A stretch of DNA of 64,000 bases from Chloroflexota bacterium (GTDB lineage: Bacteria; Chloroflexota; Dehalococcoidia; JACPEP01), in NCBI GenBank assembly GCA_016183425.1, contig JACPEP010000007.1:2113-66112 (forward strand), in the 5' to 3' direction. The position numbers were made by a program, and so were the translations under genes. Shown one piece after another: positions 39,948 to 50,158 of this stretch. How positions within the stretch are numbered: position 1 is the stretch's first letter; every line of letters starts with the position of its first letter. Under the pieces are notes generated by a model. The model made no database searches, was not told the DNA's origin, and saw only the letters and a program-made list of their open reading frames with translations.

Positions 39948-41594
39948 ATGATGGTTCCATCTTGGCATACCCCTCGCCGGCTCCTCCTTGTTACGCTAGC
40001 CTGGGCAGCCCTCACCGTTGTTACCTCTAGCTCTTTAAATGCCATTAATGAAACGGCTCCCAACCCAGATTTACCTGTTGCCGGCAATACTGCCTTAAGA
40101 GAGTACCCCGCCATTACGGACAATCTTCCGCGTCCCTTTAACCCCAGAGAGTCCGTGGAAGGACTCTCACGAGGATGGGATGGCGGTTCGTTGCGCAACG
40201 CCTTGAGCACAGGAACTACTCTTTTTGTGGCTGCTGCAAACAGTTCCCCCGAAGCGAAAGCGCAAGCAAATTACGTTGCTGATGGAACTGCTGACGATGT
40301 CGAGATCCAAGCTGCCATCAACGTTGTGTCAGCCAGCGGAGGTACCGTAAAACTGGCCCAGGGAACTTATAATACAATTAGTACTATTGTCCTAACTGCT
40401 GCCACGGTAAGATTGGTGGGGAGCGGTTGGAGTACGCAAGTTAATTGTTCCGCTGATAATTGTATTCGGATGGGAAATCTGGGTGCCATAGCTAATGACA
40501 TAAAGATAGCAAATCTGAGCCTGAGTAACGCCATGCCTTTTGGCAATGGCATCTCTATCCGAGGAACGGGGCTTAGATCTGTCGAACAGGTGCGAATTAA
40601 TACTGAGCACGATGGCATTGAAGTATATCGTGCCCGAGGCCCAACTTATATTAAGGGGAGTGAGCTTTTAAACAATGGTTTTTCCGGTATACGTATATAC
40701 GGTTACTCTGGCATCTACATATCCGAAGTGTATGTCCACCACAACAGCTTAGCTGGAATTCGGGCGGAAAGCGCATACGGTGGGCCTCCCAGAGGGGTTC
40801 TCATTGAAAACAGTCTCATCGCTTATAACGGCCACCACGGTAGTGACGCTGATGGCAAGTGCAGCGAAATAAATGTTTGTATTGGCCACGACGGGGTTCT
40901 AATGACTGGCGATGCTTCAGACTGGTATTTTAACAAAGTTATATTTATGGGCAATAACGAACATGGTCTTTATGCCCAAGGCTCAAATGTTCAAATAAGC
41001 AATTCTAAGTTTTCCGGCAATTATAGTGGCGGACTTCGGGCGGCGGTCACCGCGTTACGGGTAACCGATTCTGTGGCAGAGTCGAATAAGGGACCGGGTT
41101 TTCACCTAGAGGGCACGAGCACCGCCTATTTAGCCAACCTTGTCGCTCAATCCAACGGCGCTGACGGCTTCAGCACCACCGCCGGGCAGATATCCCCTCA
41201 CGATTCCGCTGGGATTAACCTGGTCGCTATCGATAATGGACAAAACGGCTTTCGCTTGCCCGGAGTAATTAATTTCACTTGTACAAACTGTTCCGCTATT
41301 GGCAATGGCAGAGCTGGCGTCTATAGTGAGGATAATGGCATTCGCCTTTTTGGCACTGGGAATAACTTCTGGGTAACGGGAGGAACGGTCAAGGATAACT
41401 CGGGGTGGGGTATAATCTCACAAGCCTTTTACGTTGGTGTCTATATTGATAATGTCAACCTGAGCGGAAACCGCAATGGAGACGTCTCCCTTTATGGCTC
41501 CAACAACTTAGCAGTCACCCGAGCGAGCAGCGATCTGGAGATCAAGAAAAAGGCGAAGGTTGGGGAGCCAATCTTCTGGGATGGATCTGAGTAA
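39948..41594 (+). CDS. Secreted right-handed parallel beta-helix protein (pectate-lyase-like fold)
   Basis: Signal peptide, DGTADDVEIQAAIN...GGTVKL..GTY, repeated N-x-x-x-G-I motifs; AT-richer than its flanks. Confidence 0.75.
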   Translation: MMVPSWHTPRRLLLVTLAWAALTVVTSSSLNAINETAPNPDLPVAGNTALREYPAITDNLPRPFNPRESVEGLSRGWDGGSLRNALSTGTTLFVAAANSSPEAKAQANYVADGTADDVEIQAAINVVSASGGTVKLAQGTYNTISTIVLTAATVRLVGSGWSTQVNCSADNCIRMGNLGAIANDIKIANLSLSNAMPFGNGISIRGTGLRSVEQVRINTEHDGIEVYRARGPTYIKGSELLNNGFSGIRIYGYSGIYISEVYVHHNSLAGIRAESAYGGPPRGVLIENSLIAYNGHHGSDADGKCSEINVCIGHDGVLMTGDASDWYFNKVIFMGNNEHGLYAQGSNVQISNSKFSGNYSGGLRAAVTALRVTDSVAESNKGPGFHLEGTSTAYLANLVAQSNGADGFSTTAGQISPHDSAGINLVAIDNGQNGFRLPGVINFTCTNCSAIGNGRAGVYSEDNGIRLFGTGNNFWVTGGTVKDNSGWGIISQAFYVGVYIDNVNLSGNRNGDVSLYGSNNLAVTRASSDLEIKKKAKVGEPIFWDGSE

Positions 41595-41624
41595 GGGGAG
41601 AAGGGGCTATCTTGAAATGAGCAG

Positions 41625-41707
41625 CCCCCTCGCTGGAAAACAGCGAGGGGGAAAGTGGAATAGGCGATGCTAAGTAAGGGGGGCTGGGTCTTAACCCAGC
41701 CCCCCTC
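41625..41707. terminator. Two hairpins between convergent genes
   Basis: CCCCCTCGCTG-GAAAA-CAGCGAGGGGG and GGGGGGCTGGGT...ACCCAGCCCCCC. Confidence 0.65.
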
Positions 41708-41785
41708 GCAAAAAACCTAAGTGAGTATTCAGCGTCCTGCCCGGTGCGACCTCGCTGCTTCGGGTTGAGGCATCACCTTGAACAA

Positions 41786-43465
41786 TCAGGCGACCTCGAT
41801 GTCCCAGGGAGATAGAAGAAAGCCGTGGGGACGAAAGGTCTTGATTTTTTTCTTGTTGTAGCCTGTGTTGTAGGTCAGGGCCCACAAAGGTATAGCATAG
41901 GCCTCTTCGTTGATGCGCCGTAGAGCCTGGTTGAACAGCTTCCGCCTTGCCTCCGGGTCCACGGTGGTTTTGGTGGCCATGATGATTTTGTCCAGTTCCC
42001 CGTCTTCTATATATAGGTGGTTTCCCGTGGCATCCTTTTGGTTCCAGTTGATGAAGTAGGCTCCCAGCACTTCATCCAGGTCGAAGAAGCTGCCGCAAGA
42101 CTGGCCTGTATGGTAGATCCCCTCGGGCCCCCTGTTCTCCATTCGCAGCCCCCGGGCCCAGACCGAGGCCGAATCTGTGTCCGGCTTAATGGTGGCCTTG
42201 ACCCCTATCTCGGCCCAATAGTTGGCCAGGGCCTGAGTGTATTCCTTGTACTTGGGATAGGCCACCGCTGGGGTAGTGAACACCACTTCAAATCCATTTG
42301 GATAGCCCGCCTCGGCCAGAAGCTGTTTGGCCTTCTTGGGGTCGTAAGGGTAACTCTCAATAGCGGCGTCGTAGCCAAAACAAAGGGGATTTGAGACCAC
42401 TTTCATCACCTGGTAGAGGTCACCGAAGAGCTCCTTGACGATGGTCTTGAGGTCGAGGGCATAGCCAAGAGCCTGCCGCACCCGCTTGTCCCGCAAGGGT
42501 CCCTCTTTGAAAAGGCTGATCGAGATGTAAAGAACGCTGCTGGCAGGTTGGACAGTTATACCCAGATTGGGGTCGGCAGTCACCTCTTTTGTCAGATCGG
42601 GGGCGATGTTCCAGATGATATCAGCGGCGCCCGTCTTTAGAGCAGCGATTCGGGCGCTTTCCGTCGGTATCACCTTGAAGATGATCTTTTTGGCAGGTGG
42701 GTTAGCGACTCGCCAATGGCTGACGCCAGCCCACTCCATCTCAATACTGTCGTCTTTCGCCCATTTGACAAACTTGTAGGGACCAGTGCCCATGGGCTTC
42801 TCGTTCATGACCTTGTCGCCATTCTCCAGGATGTATCGCCGAGGAACCGCGTTAACGACGCCTAATCGGTTCGGCAACAAGGGAGAGGGCTCTTTATAGA
42901 TGATACGCACCGTGTCTTTAGCCAGAACCTCGACCCCAACGTCTTTCCAGAAGATGAACTGATTGGATTTCAGCTCCGGCTTTTGGATCCTTTCGATACT
43001 GAACTTCACCGCCTCGGCGTCGAACTCCTCGCCGTTGTGGAATTTCACCCCTGTCCTCAGCTTGACCTCCCACACTTTGCCGTCGGAACTGGACTTCCAA
43101 CTGGTGGCCAGGCCAGGGGCGAGTTTCAAGTCCCGGTCTCTAGTAGTCAGGGGATCATAGATCAGGTCGTTGAGGTTTGCGCCCTCCACATGGGTCGGCT
43201 GGACATTGCCATCAAGGGTCGGGACGTCTCGAGGGAATGCCAGGACAAGCTGGTCCAGAACCTTGACCGTCGGCGTCGGCGTTATCCGGGGTGCCGGCGT
43301 CGCCGTCGCCCCCGGGGCAGGTGCCCTGGCAGGAGTGGGGGTAGCTGCAGGGGCGGCAGCGCACCCCACCAGAGAAACCCCCACCAAACCGGCCGCCGTC
43401 CCAATAACCCTTCGCCGCGAAATCTGCGCGCGAAGTACCTTGTGCCAGTATGCTTCTCTCACCAT
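41786..43465 (-). CDS. ABC family 5 (peptide/nickel) solute-binding lipoprotein
   Basis: YW...SRRRVI...C leader, PGLATSW, VKFHNGEEFDAE, GTGPYKF, DKRVRQAL, KAKQLLAEAGY. Confidence 0.92.
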   Translation of the reverse strand: MVREAYWHKVLRAQISRRRVIGTAAGLVGVSLVGCAAAPAATPTPARAPAPGATATPAPRITPTPTVKVLDQLVLAFPRDVPTLDGNVQPTHVEGANLNDLIYDPLTTRDRDLKLAPGLATSWKSSSDGKVWEVKLRTGVKFHNGEEFDAEAVKFSIERIQKPELKSNQFIFWKDVGVEVLAKDTVRIIYKEPSPLLPNRLGVVNAVPRRYILENGDKVMNEKPMGTGPYKFVKWAKDDSIEMEWAGVSHWRVANPPAKKIIFKVIPTESARIAALKTGAADIIWNIAPDLTKEVTADPNLGITVQPASSVLYISISLFKEGPLRDKRVRQALGYALDLKTIVKELFGDLYQVMKVVSNPLCFGYDAAIESYPYDPKKAKQLLAEAGYPNGFEVVFTTPAVAYPKYKEYTQALANYWAEIGVKATIKPDTDSASVWARGLRMENRGPEGIYHTGQSCGSFFDLDEVLGAYFINWNQKDATGNHLYIEDGELDKIIMATKTTVDPEARRKLFNQALRRINEEAYAIPLWALTYNTGYNKKKIKTFRPHGFLLSPWDIEVA

Positions 43466-43627
43466 GTCTCCTCCTTTCTTAAATGGCCCTTCGAAACGGC
43501 TACCCTATAGCTCTCGGATGCACCGGTAAATACTCCATATAGACACCCCCCGTACTAATAAGAACTCTGGCCAGCGATAGTGCCTTTCATTTGGGCGAGG
43601 GCAGCCCAAGTCACGGGATTAGGCTGT

Positions 43628-43894
43628 CTATGCCTTGCGCATGCTTGTAATTGCCCAATCCACTATGACCGCCACGATAGAGCCAATGACCGCCGAGAGC
43701 AGATGAACTTCGCCAAACTTTGGATCGAAGGTCAAGCTAGGAGCCAGAAGACCCTCAGCGGCCCAGATGCCCAGGAAGGGGTAAGCAGCCACCCTCCAGA
43801 CCCTGTCCGGGACGTTTCCCTGAAGAAGGCTGTACCACAAGATGCCGAGACCGTAGGCAAGACCCACGATGAATAAAAGCGTTCCAATTTCCAC
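43628..43894 (-). CDS. Small membrane protein (transglycosylase-associated-like)
   Basis: 88 aa, three hydrophobic segments, GGAGG RBS. Confidence 0.6.
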   Translation of the reverse strand: MEIGTLLFIVGLAYGLGILWYSLLQGNVPDRVWRVAAYPFLGIWAAEGLLAPSLTFDPKFGEVHLLSAVIGSIVAVIVDWAITSMRKA

Positions 43895-44114
43895 TTAACT
43901 GCCCTCCGAGAAGATACTGTTAGTAACCCGCCCTCCGATAGATGCCAAACTATAGGCTGCCCTCGCCTAAGTCGATAGCATAGCACTTTGGCAACCGATT
44001 GTCATCACTCGTAGTTGAGAGTGTTTGGCAACTTTTTCGACCGTCTCCCGGGCCCCCGTCAAATTTCCTTGCCCTGCCCTGTTGGTCTTTAACAAAATAA
44101 GCGATCAGTCGGAG

Positions 44115-44347
44115 GATACCCCACAATTATGGTGTTAAACAAAATAAAGTGGTAACTGGATACCCCACACTTATGGTCATCAAGTAATTATTATGTCTCA
44201 AAAGCGGCAGGCTTCGTTGTCATTCTGAGCCCGCCCGGAGGCGGGCGAAGAATCTCTGGAAGCACATGGAGATTCTTCGGTCGCTGCGCTCCCTCAGAAT
44301 GACATGATGTCAGTTTATTTAGTTTATGACCATAATTGTGGGGTATC
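44115..44347. mobile_element. MITE-like element, copy 2, with an extra left end
   Basis: TIRs GATACCCCACA(C/A)TTATGGTCAT at 44159-44180 and 44326-44347; partial third copy at 44115-44133; inner TGTCATTCTGAG...CTCAGAATGACA hairpin. Confidence 0.78.
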
Positions 44348-44375
44348 GATAACACGCAACTGCTGAACCACCCAT

Positions 44376-44430
44376 GTAGTCGGGGTCGTCCCTGACCCTG
44401 ACCGTCGGCATCGGGGACGATGCCGACTAC
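44376..44430. repeat. GTAG REP, nested/compound
   Basis: GTAGTCGGGGTCGTCCCTGACCC...GTCGGCATCG-GGGA-CGATGCCGACTAC. Confidence 0.7.
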
Positions 44431-44619
44431 CGTCAAGGGAGACTAGCGCAGACGAAGCTTAATGTTGAGCTACTTCGTCAACCGCCCTAAGGGCAGGGCT
44501 ATAGGTTCTCTCTCAGGCCCGCCTATTAGGGCGGCGCGGCGACACTAATCAAAACCCTCGTAATGGCAATCCAATATGGTAAGAAGAATAAAGAAGTCCC
44601 CAATGTGTCCTTCATTGTC

Positions 44620-45609
44620 TTAGATTCGCGAAGGGCGTACTGTACTGGGGGCGAACATTTCAGCTGGATCAAAGACCTTTTCGATCAAGTACATATCCTT
44701 CAGGTAGGACATGAAGGTCTCTATGGTAAAACGGTTCGCCTCCAGACCGTAGGGGAAAGGATCGGGGCCAAAAACCTCTTCTTGCTCTTCCACCGCCGGT
44801 ATCAACCAGGGCAGGCTATAGCGCAGGGCGGCGGTGATGCCCATCTGCTGAAGGCAGCGTTGCTTGGCTTCCTCCAAAGCCTTGAAGAGGCTTTGCGCTA
44901 CCCAGGGGTGTTCTTCATGGATGTCACGGCGGATGACCACCGTGTGCATAATGGGAAAGATGCGGCTTCTTCGGTAATATTCCACTTCCTCCTTCTTGTA
45001 ATCGGGCCAAAGTCGTTTTATCTTAGGCGATCGCCTCACAAAGCAGGACGGTGCCCGAGCACTGCAGACGGCGTCCAAATCCCCTGTCTCCAGCATTGCC
45101 GAAAGGACTCGATCACGCACGTTTCGAAAACTGACCTGGGACGGCAACGTGATCTGGACCTTGTCTTCGCGGCCGGGCTCCTCCAACCCGGCCTGGAACC
45201 AATGGATGCTCTCGATGTCCACCCCATAGTAATCCCGGAGAGCCCCTCGTATCCAGATGCCCGCTGAATGGGCGTATCCGGGCAGGCCTATCCTTTTGCC
45301 TTCCAGGTCTTTCGGTGTGTCGATCCCCGATTCGATGTTTAAATAGACGCTAGCGTGGCGGAAGCTTCGGGAGGGGAAGACGGGTATAGCGATAAGATCT
45401 CGCTTTCCCTGTGCCCAACGGCTGACGTAGGTTCCGAAAGACATCTCCGAGACGTGGAACTCGCCATAGTGCACCATGCGCCAGAAGGCCTCCTCCGGCT
45501 CCAGGGTCAGATAGTTGAGTTTGATGCCCTCGGGTTGGACGTCCCCCAGGCGCAGGGCCATGGTGCGGTCGTAGGGGCCCATTGCCATAGTGAGGTGGAG
45601 TTTTTCCAT
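44620..45609 (-). CDS. 4,5-dihydroxyphthalate decarboxylase-like / type 2 periplasmic-binding-fold protein
   Basis: YDRTMAL, SEMS, PVFPSRSFRH, WIRG, IFPIMH, PYGLEANR. Confidence 0.8.
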   Translation of the reverse strand: MEKLHLTMAMGPYDRTMALRLGDVQPEGIKLNYLTLEPEEAFWRMVHYGEFHVSEMSFGTYVSRWAQGKRDLIAIPVFPSRSFRHASVYLNIESGIDTPKDLEGKRIGLPGYAHSAGIWIRGALRDYYGVDIESIHWFQAGLEEPGREDKVQITLPSQVSFRNVRDRVLSAMLETGDLDAVCSARAPSCFVRRSPKIKRLWPDYKKEEVEYYRRSRIFPIMHTVVIRRDIHEEHPWVAQSLFKALEEAKQRCLQQMGITAALRYSLPWLIPAVEEQEEVFGPDPFPYGLEANRFTIETFMSYLKDMYLIEKVFDPAEMFAPSTVRPSRI

Positions 45610-45738
45610 ACTCTTCTCCTTTTCATAGAGGGTGGTGTCGATGCGACGCACTGCCATGATCCGCAATTCCTTATATCAGACCCTTTGAGGTTATGCAAGA
45701 TGGCGCCCTGGATGAGAGAGTGTAGTGAGACCTGGTGT

Positions 45739-46506
45739 CTACAGCGATAAGGGGGAGGGCACCGTAGCTAGAAACATCGCAACGGCGCCGGCCAGGAACA
45801 GAACGCCAAAGGCCCGGCTCAGGGCCACCCCGCGAACGATAACCTTTTCGATGTAGAATATGAGGGCCAAGCCCAGCATCCATGCCAGGTTGGTGACTCC
45901 CACCCCGAACATGAGCAGCATTAAGGCCCAGCAGCAGCCCAAACAGAAAAGGCCGTGGCGCAGCCCCAGGGAGAGAGCGCCGGGCAGCCCGGGCCGCCAA
46001 TAACGCACCAGGAAGCCAATGGGCGATTGACATTGAGAGAGGCACGCCTCCTTGAGGGGGCTAAACTGGTAAGCCCCCGCCAGGAGCAACACTCCACCCC
46101 CGATGAATGGCGTTACCCTATCCAGGGGCTCTAAGGTCTCCACCAGCCAGTGCAGCACCAGGTCGCCGGCGAAGGCAGCCAGGCCAAAAGTACCCCAGAC
46201 CGCCAGGTAGCCGCCGATGAACAGGGCCATCATGAGGAAGAAAGCCCTCGGCGGTTGGGTCCCTGCTGCATGGGCAAAACGATCCAATACGGGCCAGACG
46301 GTGGGGAGCATCATCGCCGCCGACATCACTACCCAGGCAGCCACGAAGAGAGGAACGGCCACCGCCCAGGGCTGGGCCCGAGCCCCCAGTAGGGCGTGGT
46401 GGCCCAGTTGCTGCCCCCAGGAGGAGCCCAACGAGGCGTAGGCCACGGCAACCCAGGCGAGCCCCGTCAAAAGAATCAGAAAAGCGACAAGAAGTAGCCT
46501 GGTCAA
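45739..46506 (-). CDS. DUF2182 predicted metal-binding membrane protein
   Basis: MSAAMMLP, YQFSPLKEACLSQC, GLFCLGCCWALM. Confidence 0.88.
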   Translation of the reverse strand: MTRLLLVAFLILLTGLAWVAVAYASLGSSWGQQLGHHALLGARAQPWAVAVPLFVAAWVVMSAAMMLPTVWPVLDRFAHAAGTQPPRAFFLMMALFIGGYLAVWGTFGLAAFAGDLVLHWLVETLEPLDRVTPFIGGGVLLLAGAYQFSPLKEACLSQCQSPIGFLVRYWRPGLPGALSLGLRHGLFCLGCCWALMLLMFGVGVTNLAWMLGLALIFYIEKVIVRGVALSRAFGVLFLAGAVAMFLATVPSPLSL

Positions 46507-46585
46507 AAGTTACACACTTACACCAGACTTCCCTGGCCGGCCTGGCAAGGGAATGCCCCAGGCGGTGGCAATGGGCCTAAGGCAG

Positions 46586-47176
46586 CTATCCCTTCAATTC
46601 GAAGGGGCCGGTCCACATGCCGGAGCCGCTAAGGTCGAAGTTCATACCCTGGGCGTTGGCCTTGACCTTGGAGGATTTGCCGGCAGTGACATTGGGCAGC
46701 GGGTAGTTGGTATTGGAGACCTGGATTTCAGCCTTGCCCTGGAGATCTTTCAGCGTCTCGCCAGCGCCCTCCACCAAATCTCCCGCTTTGACCGACAGCT
46801 TGCCGGCCGCAAAGGTGATAGAGATAGGAGCGGTGGCCACGCCCTTGAAATCGCCGATGAGGGCAGCAATCTGGGCCGCGTCTCCCTTCATCTCGCCGGT
46901 GAAGATGCCTTGCAGGGCATCCCTCTGTTGCTTACTAGCCTGAGAATCCAGGATAAGGGCAGCCGTCCAGTTGCCCTTGCTCCAAATCCCGGGAAACTCC
47001 GAGGCCACAATGGCCTTGGTTCCAGCTAGACTCACTGCGTCGGCGTTGCCCTCCTGTATTTCAAAGACCATCAACCCTCGGCACCGGCCGCCCGTGGGGG
47101 CCTGGCCAAAGGCACAGGGACACGGGGCATTACAGGAGCACAGCTCTGTGGCCCGCCCGGCAATTCGGTAAGCCAT
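46586..47176 (-). CDS. DUF1326 protein
   Basis: ELCSCNAPCPC...PTGGRC; usual partner of DUF2182. Confidence 0.88.
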   Translation of the reverse strand: MAYRIAGRATELCSCNAPCPCAFGQAPTGGRCRGLMVFEIQEGNADAVSLAGTKAIVASEFPGIWSKGNWTAALILDSQASKQQRDALQGIFTGEMKGDAAQIAALIGDFKGVATAPISITFAAGKLSVKAGDLVEGAGETLKDLQGKAEIQVSNTNYPLPNVTAGKSSKVKANAQGMNFDLSGSGMWTGPFELKG

Positions 47177-47589
47177 TTGTTTCCCTCCTTCTCTAATTTC
47201 CCTCTAATTTCCCTGAAGGAGCAACCCGCCAGCACCAGGGCCATCAGGTTGGCACCTCCGTCGAGTGTCCGCCACCGTCCACTCACCCACTCCACGATAT
47301 CACGATCTTGTGTTACTAAATGTTAAGACAATTTTGTCATGAGAGTATAAACAAGCGGCCTTTGAATGTGACGAGTTTGTGAAAAAAATAAATGCGCTCC
47401 TCTGGACTCCCCATTGCTAAACAACCCTGTGGAAGCTCATTTACACACCTATTGACTGAAGCTCATTTCTTGTGGCAGATGAGCAACATCTTGTACCAGG
47501 CTCGCCCCGCTGTGAAGACTTTTCGGGCTTTATCGCGAAATGTGCGCAGGCCTTCTTCTCTATCAACCCAAAGGGTTCGGTCGGCAGTA

Positions 47590-48843
47590 CTAGATTGGCC
47601 TTTGGCCAAAAAGACCCAGTAATCCGACTCGGTTCATTCGCTCATGGATCCTGTCCGGCTCCATAACATCCAGTCCGACATCCAAGTATCGCCGATCCAC
47701 GGGCGATCCAGGGGGATAATCGCTAAGGCTATAGCCCTTCTTGATTTCCCATAAAAAAAACCCCATCATGGTTGTCTTGGGGAATGTTACTAGCTCAGTT
47801 ATTCCCAGGGCGGTTCTCGCTGCGTTGTGGCCGGCTAAATCTCCCGTATAGATACTTTCGACCAAAGATGAAAAGTCACCGCTTCTCAACCCGGAACAGA
47901 ACAGATTCGCCAGCCCCAACACGCGCATAGTTTCGTCATGGGGAGCCCCTGGACTAGTTTTTACACAATTGCCCGTCTGGGCCATAGGGCTTATTACATA
48001 GGCATCTTCGAAGCCGGGAAACTGGTGCAGGATGTCCATAGGAATGGTGGATACAAACAGTTTCACGAAGGGCATAAGGTAAATAAGCCGCTCACGCCCG
48101 AGATTGTTCTTGACCGGGCGGTCTTTGCGGGGCCAGTAGCTGGTGAAATCGTGGTTTTGCCAAGGTTCAGGAACCTGGTAGTAGAAGTAACCAGACTCCT
48201 CCTCTTGAATGCTCCTTAGAAGCCACGGTGCAATGCTGCTGGGGTGAATATAGGTACAAACATAGTAGCTAGCCGTTTTAGGAAGGTCCGGTACTCCCGC
48301 CGCTTCAGAAAGACCCACCCGGTCGCCGAAAACGGTACACTTCTGGCTGCAACCGACACAGCCCACTCCCCATTCTGCGCAAACTGGGATTCCTCCCGTG
48401 GAGCCGGTAGCGTCAACAAAGGCGTCTCCTTCCAGCCTGGCACCGTTCTCCAGCACTACGCGGTGGATTTTGTTTCCCTCCTTCTCCACGCCTACGACCC
48501 GACTTCTCAATATCACTTCAACCCCAGCTTTTTCTACTGTGGTCAGCATCGCTTTCTCGATTTTAGTGGTATCGAAGATGCAGCTTACTTGGTGCCCAAA
48601 CTCTCTTTGAGGAAAGATGCTTAAGCCCTCCAGGGCTTCTATGACCTCTTTACCGCCGCCATCGAGCAGTTTTGTTTCCATTCGGGCGACATATTGAACC
48701 AGATGGCCGGTCAGTGGTCCGGTGCCCGATAGGGTGTCCATGCGCTCCACCAGAACGCTCTCCAGGCCAGCTTTGGCGACGGCGATAGCGGCGCTGCATC
48801 CGGCAACGCCGCCACCGACCACGATGACCCTTTTTGCTCCCAT
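47590..48843 (-). CDS. GidA-like FAD-dependent oxidoreductase with Cys4 motif (paralog B2)
   Basis: VVGGGVAG, DATG, CAEWGVGCVGCSQKC, TGDLAGHNA. Confidence 0.82.
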   Translation of the reverse strand: MGAKRVIVVGGGVAGCSAAIAVAKAGLESVLVERMDTLSGTGPLTGHLVQYVARMETKLLDGGGKEVIEALEGLSIFPQREFGHQVSCIFDTTKIEKAMLTTVEKAGVEVILRSRVVGVEKEGNKIHRVVLENGARLEGDAFVDATGSTGGIPVCAEWGVGCVGCSQKCTVFGDRVGLSEAAGVPDLPKTASYYVCTYIHPSSIAPWLLRSIQEEESGYFYYQVPEPWQNHDFTSYWPRKDRPVKNNLGRERLIYLMPFVKLFVSTIPMDILHQFPGFEDAYVISPMAQTGNCVKTSPGAPHDETMRVLGLANLFCSGLRSGDFSSLVESIYTGDLAGHNAARTALGITELVTFPKTTMMGFFLWEIKKGYSLSDYPPGSPVDRRYLDVGLDVMEPDRIHERMNRVGLLGLFGQRPI

Positions 48844-48873
48844 GATACCCCCTAACCTATGTCGTCCGAGGGT

Positions 48874-50127
48874 TTAACTTAACGGTTTGCTGTAGAGACC
48901 GATCATGCCGCCATCGCCCAAACGAGCTTTGATCTTCCACATGTCGGTGGTAACGAGACCTTTCTCGTAATATCTTTGGTCTATCTTTCGGTCTGAAGGC
49001 CAATCGGAGGGCGTCATGCCGTTTTTGGCTTCGTTTATAAAGAACCCGGTTAGAGTTGAAGATGGCAGTTCCATGGGGCTCATTTTCAAGGCTTGCCGCG
49101 TCGCGTTGTACCCGGCCAGGTCTCCTGTGAAGAGCACTTCTACGAATCCCTGGATGTCTCCTGTTTTCAACCCAGCAGCGAAAAGATTCTCAAGCCCGCT
49201 CACCCTTAGGGTGTTATCTCGGGGCGCCACAGCCCCCATTCTTAAGGGTTGGCCCCCGCCGCCAACAAGGGGATTCACTATCCATGCGTTTTCAAAGCCC
49301 TGGATCTGCCTGATGAACTTTGTGGGAACGTTCAGCCAGGTTTTGGCAAAGGGCATATGGATTATTTGTATTGGCTTTGCCCCCAGCTTTCTGGTAACAG
49401 GGCGGCTGGGGTATCTCCACTCTTCTGTAAAGTCATACTGCTGGAGATGGTCAGGAACGTCGATATAGGTGTAGCCCGACGGGGACGTTTCTATCCGTTC
49501 GCGAAGCTCTGGTGAAAGGCTTTCAGTGGCAATGAGAACACAGGACATATAGCTGGGTCGTTCTTTTTTCTCGTCGGGAGCCTCCGCCGCTTCCGTGATG
49601 CTCACTCGGTCACCAAATAGGGGACACATAAGCATACAGAGGACGCAGCCCTGGCCGAGGCGCTCACATTCCTCAACGCCGCTCATTTGTCCCGTGGCAT
49701 CTACAAAGGCATCGCCATAGACCTGGGACCCATCCTGGAGCACTACCGAGACCACTTTCCTTTCTTTTACTGTTACCGACACCACCCGTTTCTGTAGCAG
49801 AATCTGAACTCCCGATTCCGTGAGCAGCTTGCGACATCCTTCAGGCACTTTGGTTACATCAAAGCAAACGCTTCCGGAGGGAACCCCCAGTTCAGGCCAC
49901 CGATGCAGGGCCAGGGATTCCAGCATCTGGATTATCTCCCCGGCGCCCCCATCCATCAACAGAGCTTCTTGACGAGCGATCCATCCGGATAGATGCCCCG
50001 TCCAGGGGGCCAGGCCAGACAGACGGTTCATTTTCTCAATCAGTGTGACCTCTACCCCGGCCTTGGCCGCCGTCAACGCCGCCGCGCAGCCACCGAAGCC
50101 GCCGCCAACAACAATCACCCTGGCCAT
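48874..50127 (-). CDS. GidA-like FAD-dependent oxidoreductase with Cys4 motif (paralog A2)
   Basis: VVGGGFGG, DATG, CERLGQGCVLCMLMC, TGDLAGYNA. Confidence 0.82.
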   Translation of the reverse strand: MARVIVVGGGFGGCAAALTAAKAGVEVTLIEKMNRLSGLAPWTGHLSGWIARQEALLMDGGAGEIIQMLESLALHRWPELGVPSGSVCFDVTKVPEGCRKLLTESGVQILLQKRVVSVTVKERKVVSVVLQDGSQVYGDAFVDATGQMSGVEECERLGQGCVLCMLMCPLFGDRVSITEAAEAPDEKKERPSYMSCVLIATESLSPELRERIETSPSGYTYIDVPDHLQQYDFTEEWRYPSRPVTRKLGAKPIQIIHMPFAKTWLNVPTKFIRQIQGFENAWIVNPLVGGGGQPLRMGAVAPRDNTLRVSGLENLFAAGLKTGDIQGFVEVLFTGDLAGYNATRQALKMSPMELPSSTLTGFFINEAKNGMTPSDWPSDRKIDQRYYEKGLVTTDMWKIKARLGDGGMIGLYSKPLS

Positions 50128-50158
50128 AGAGGTCTTTCAGACAAGAAGTCGGAAACCT

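Noticed and set aside
44477-44534. IS200/IS605 or IscB-type end (GTCAACCGCCCTAAGGGCAGGGCT)
   Set aside because: Short degenerate resemblance only; no associated TnpB/IscB ORF or second end.
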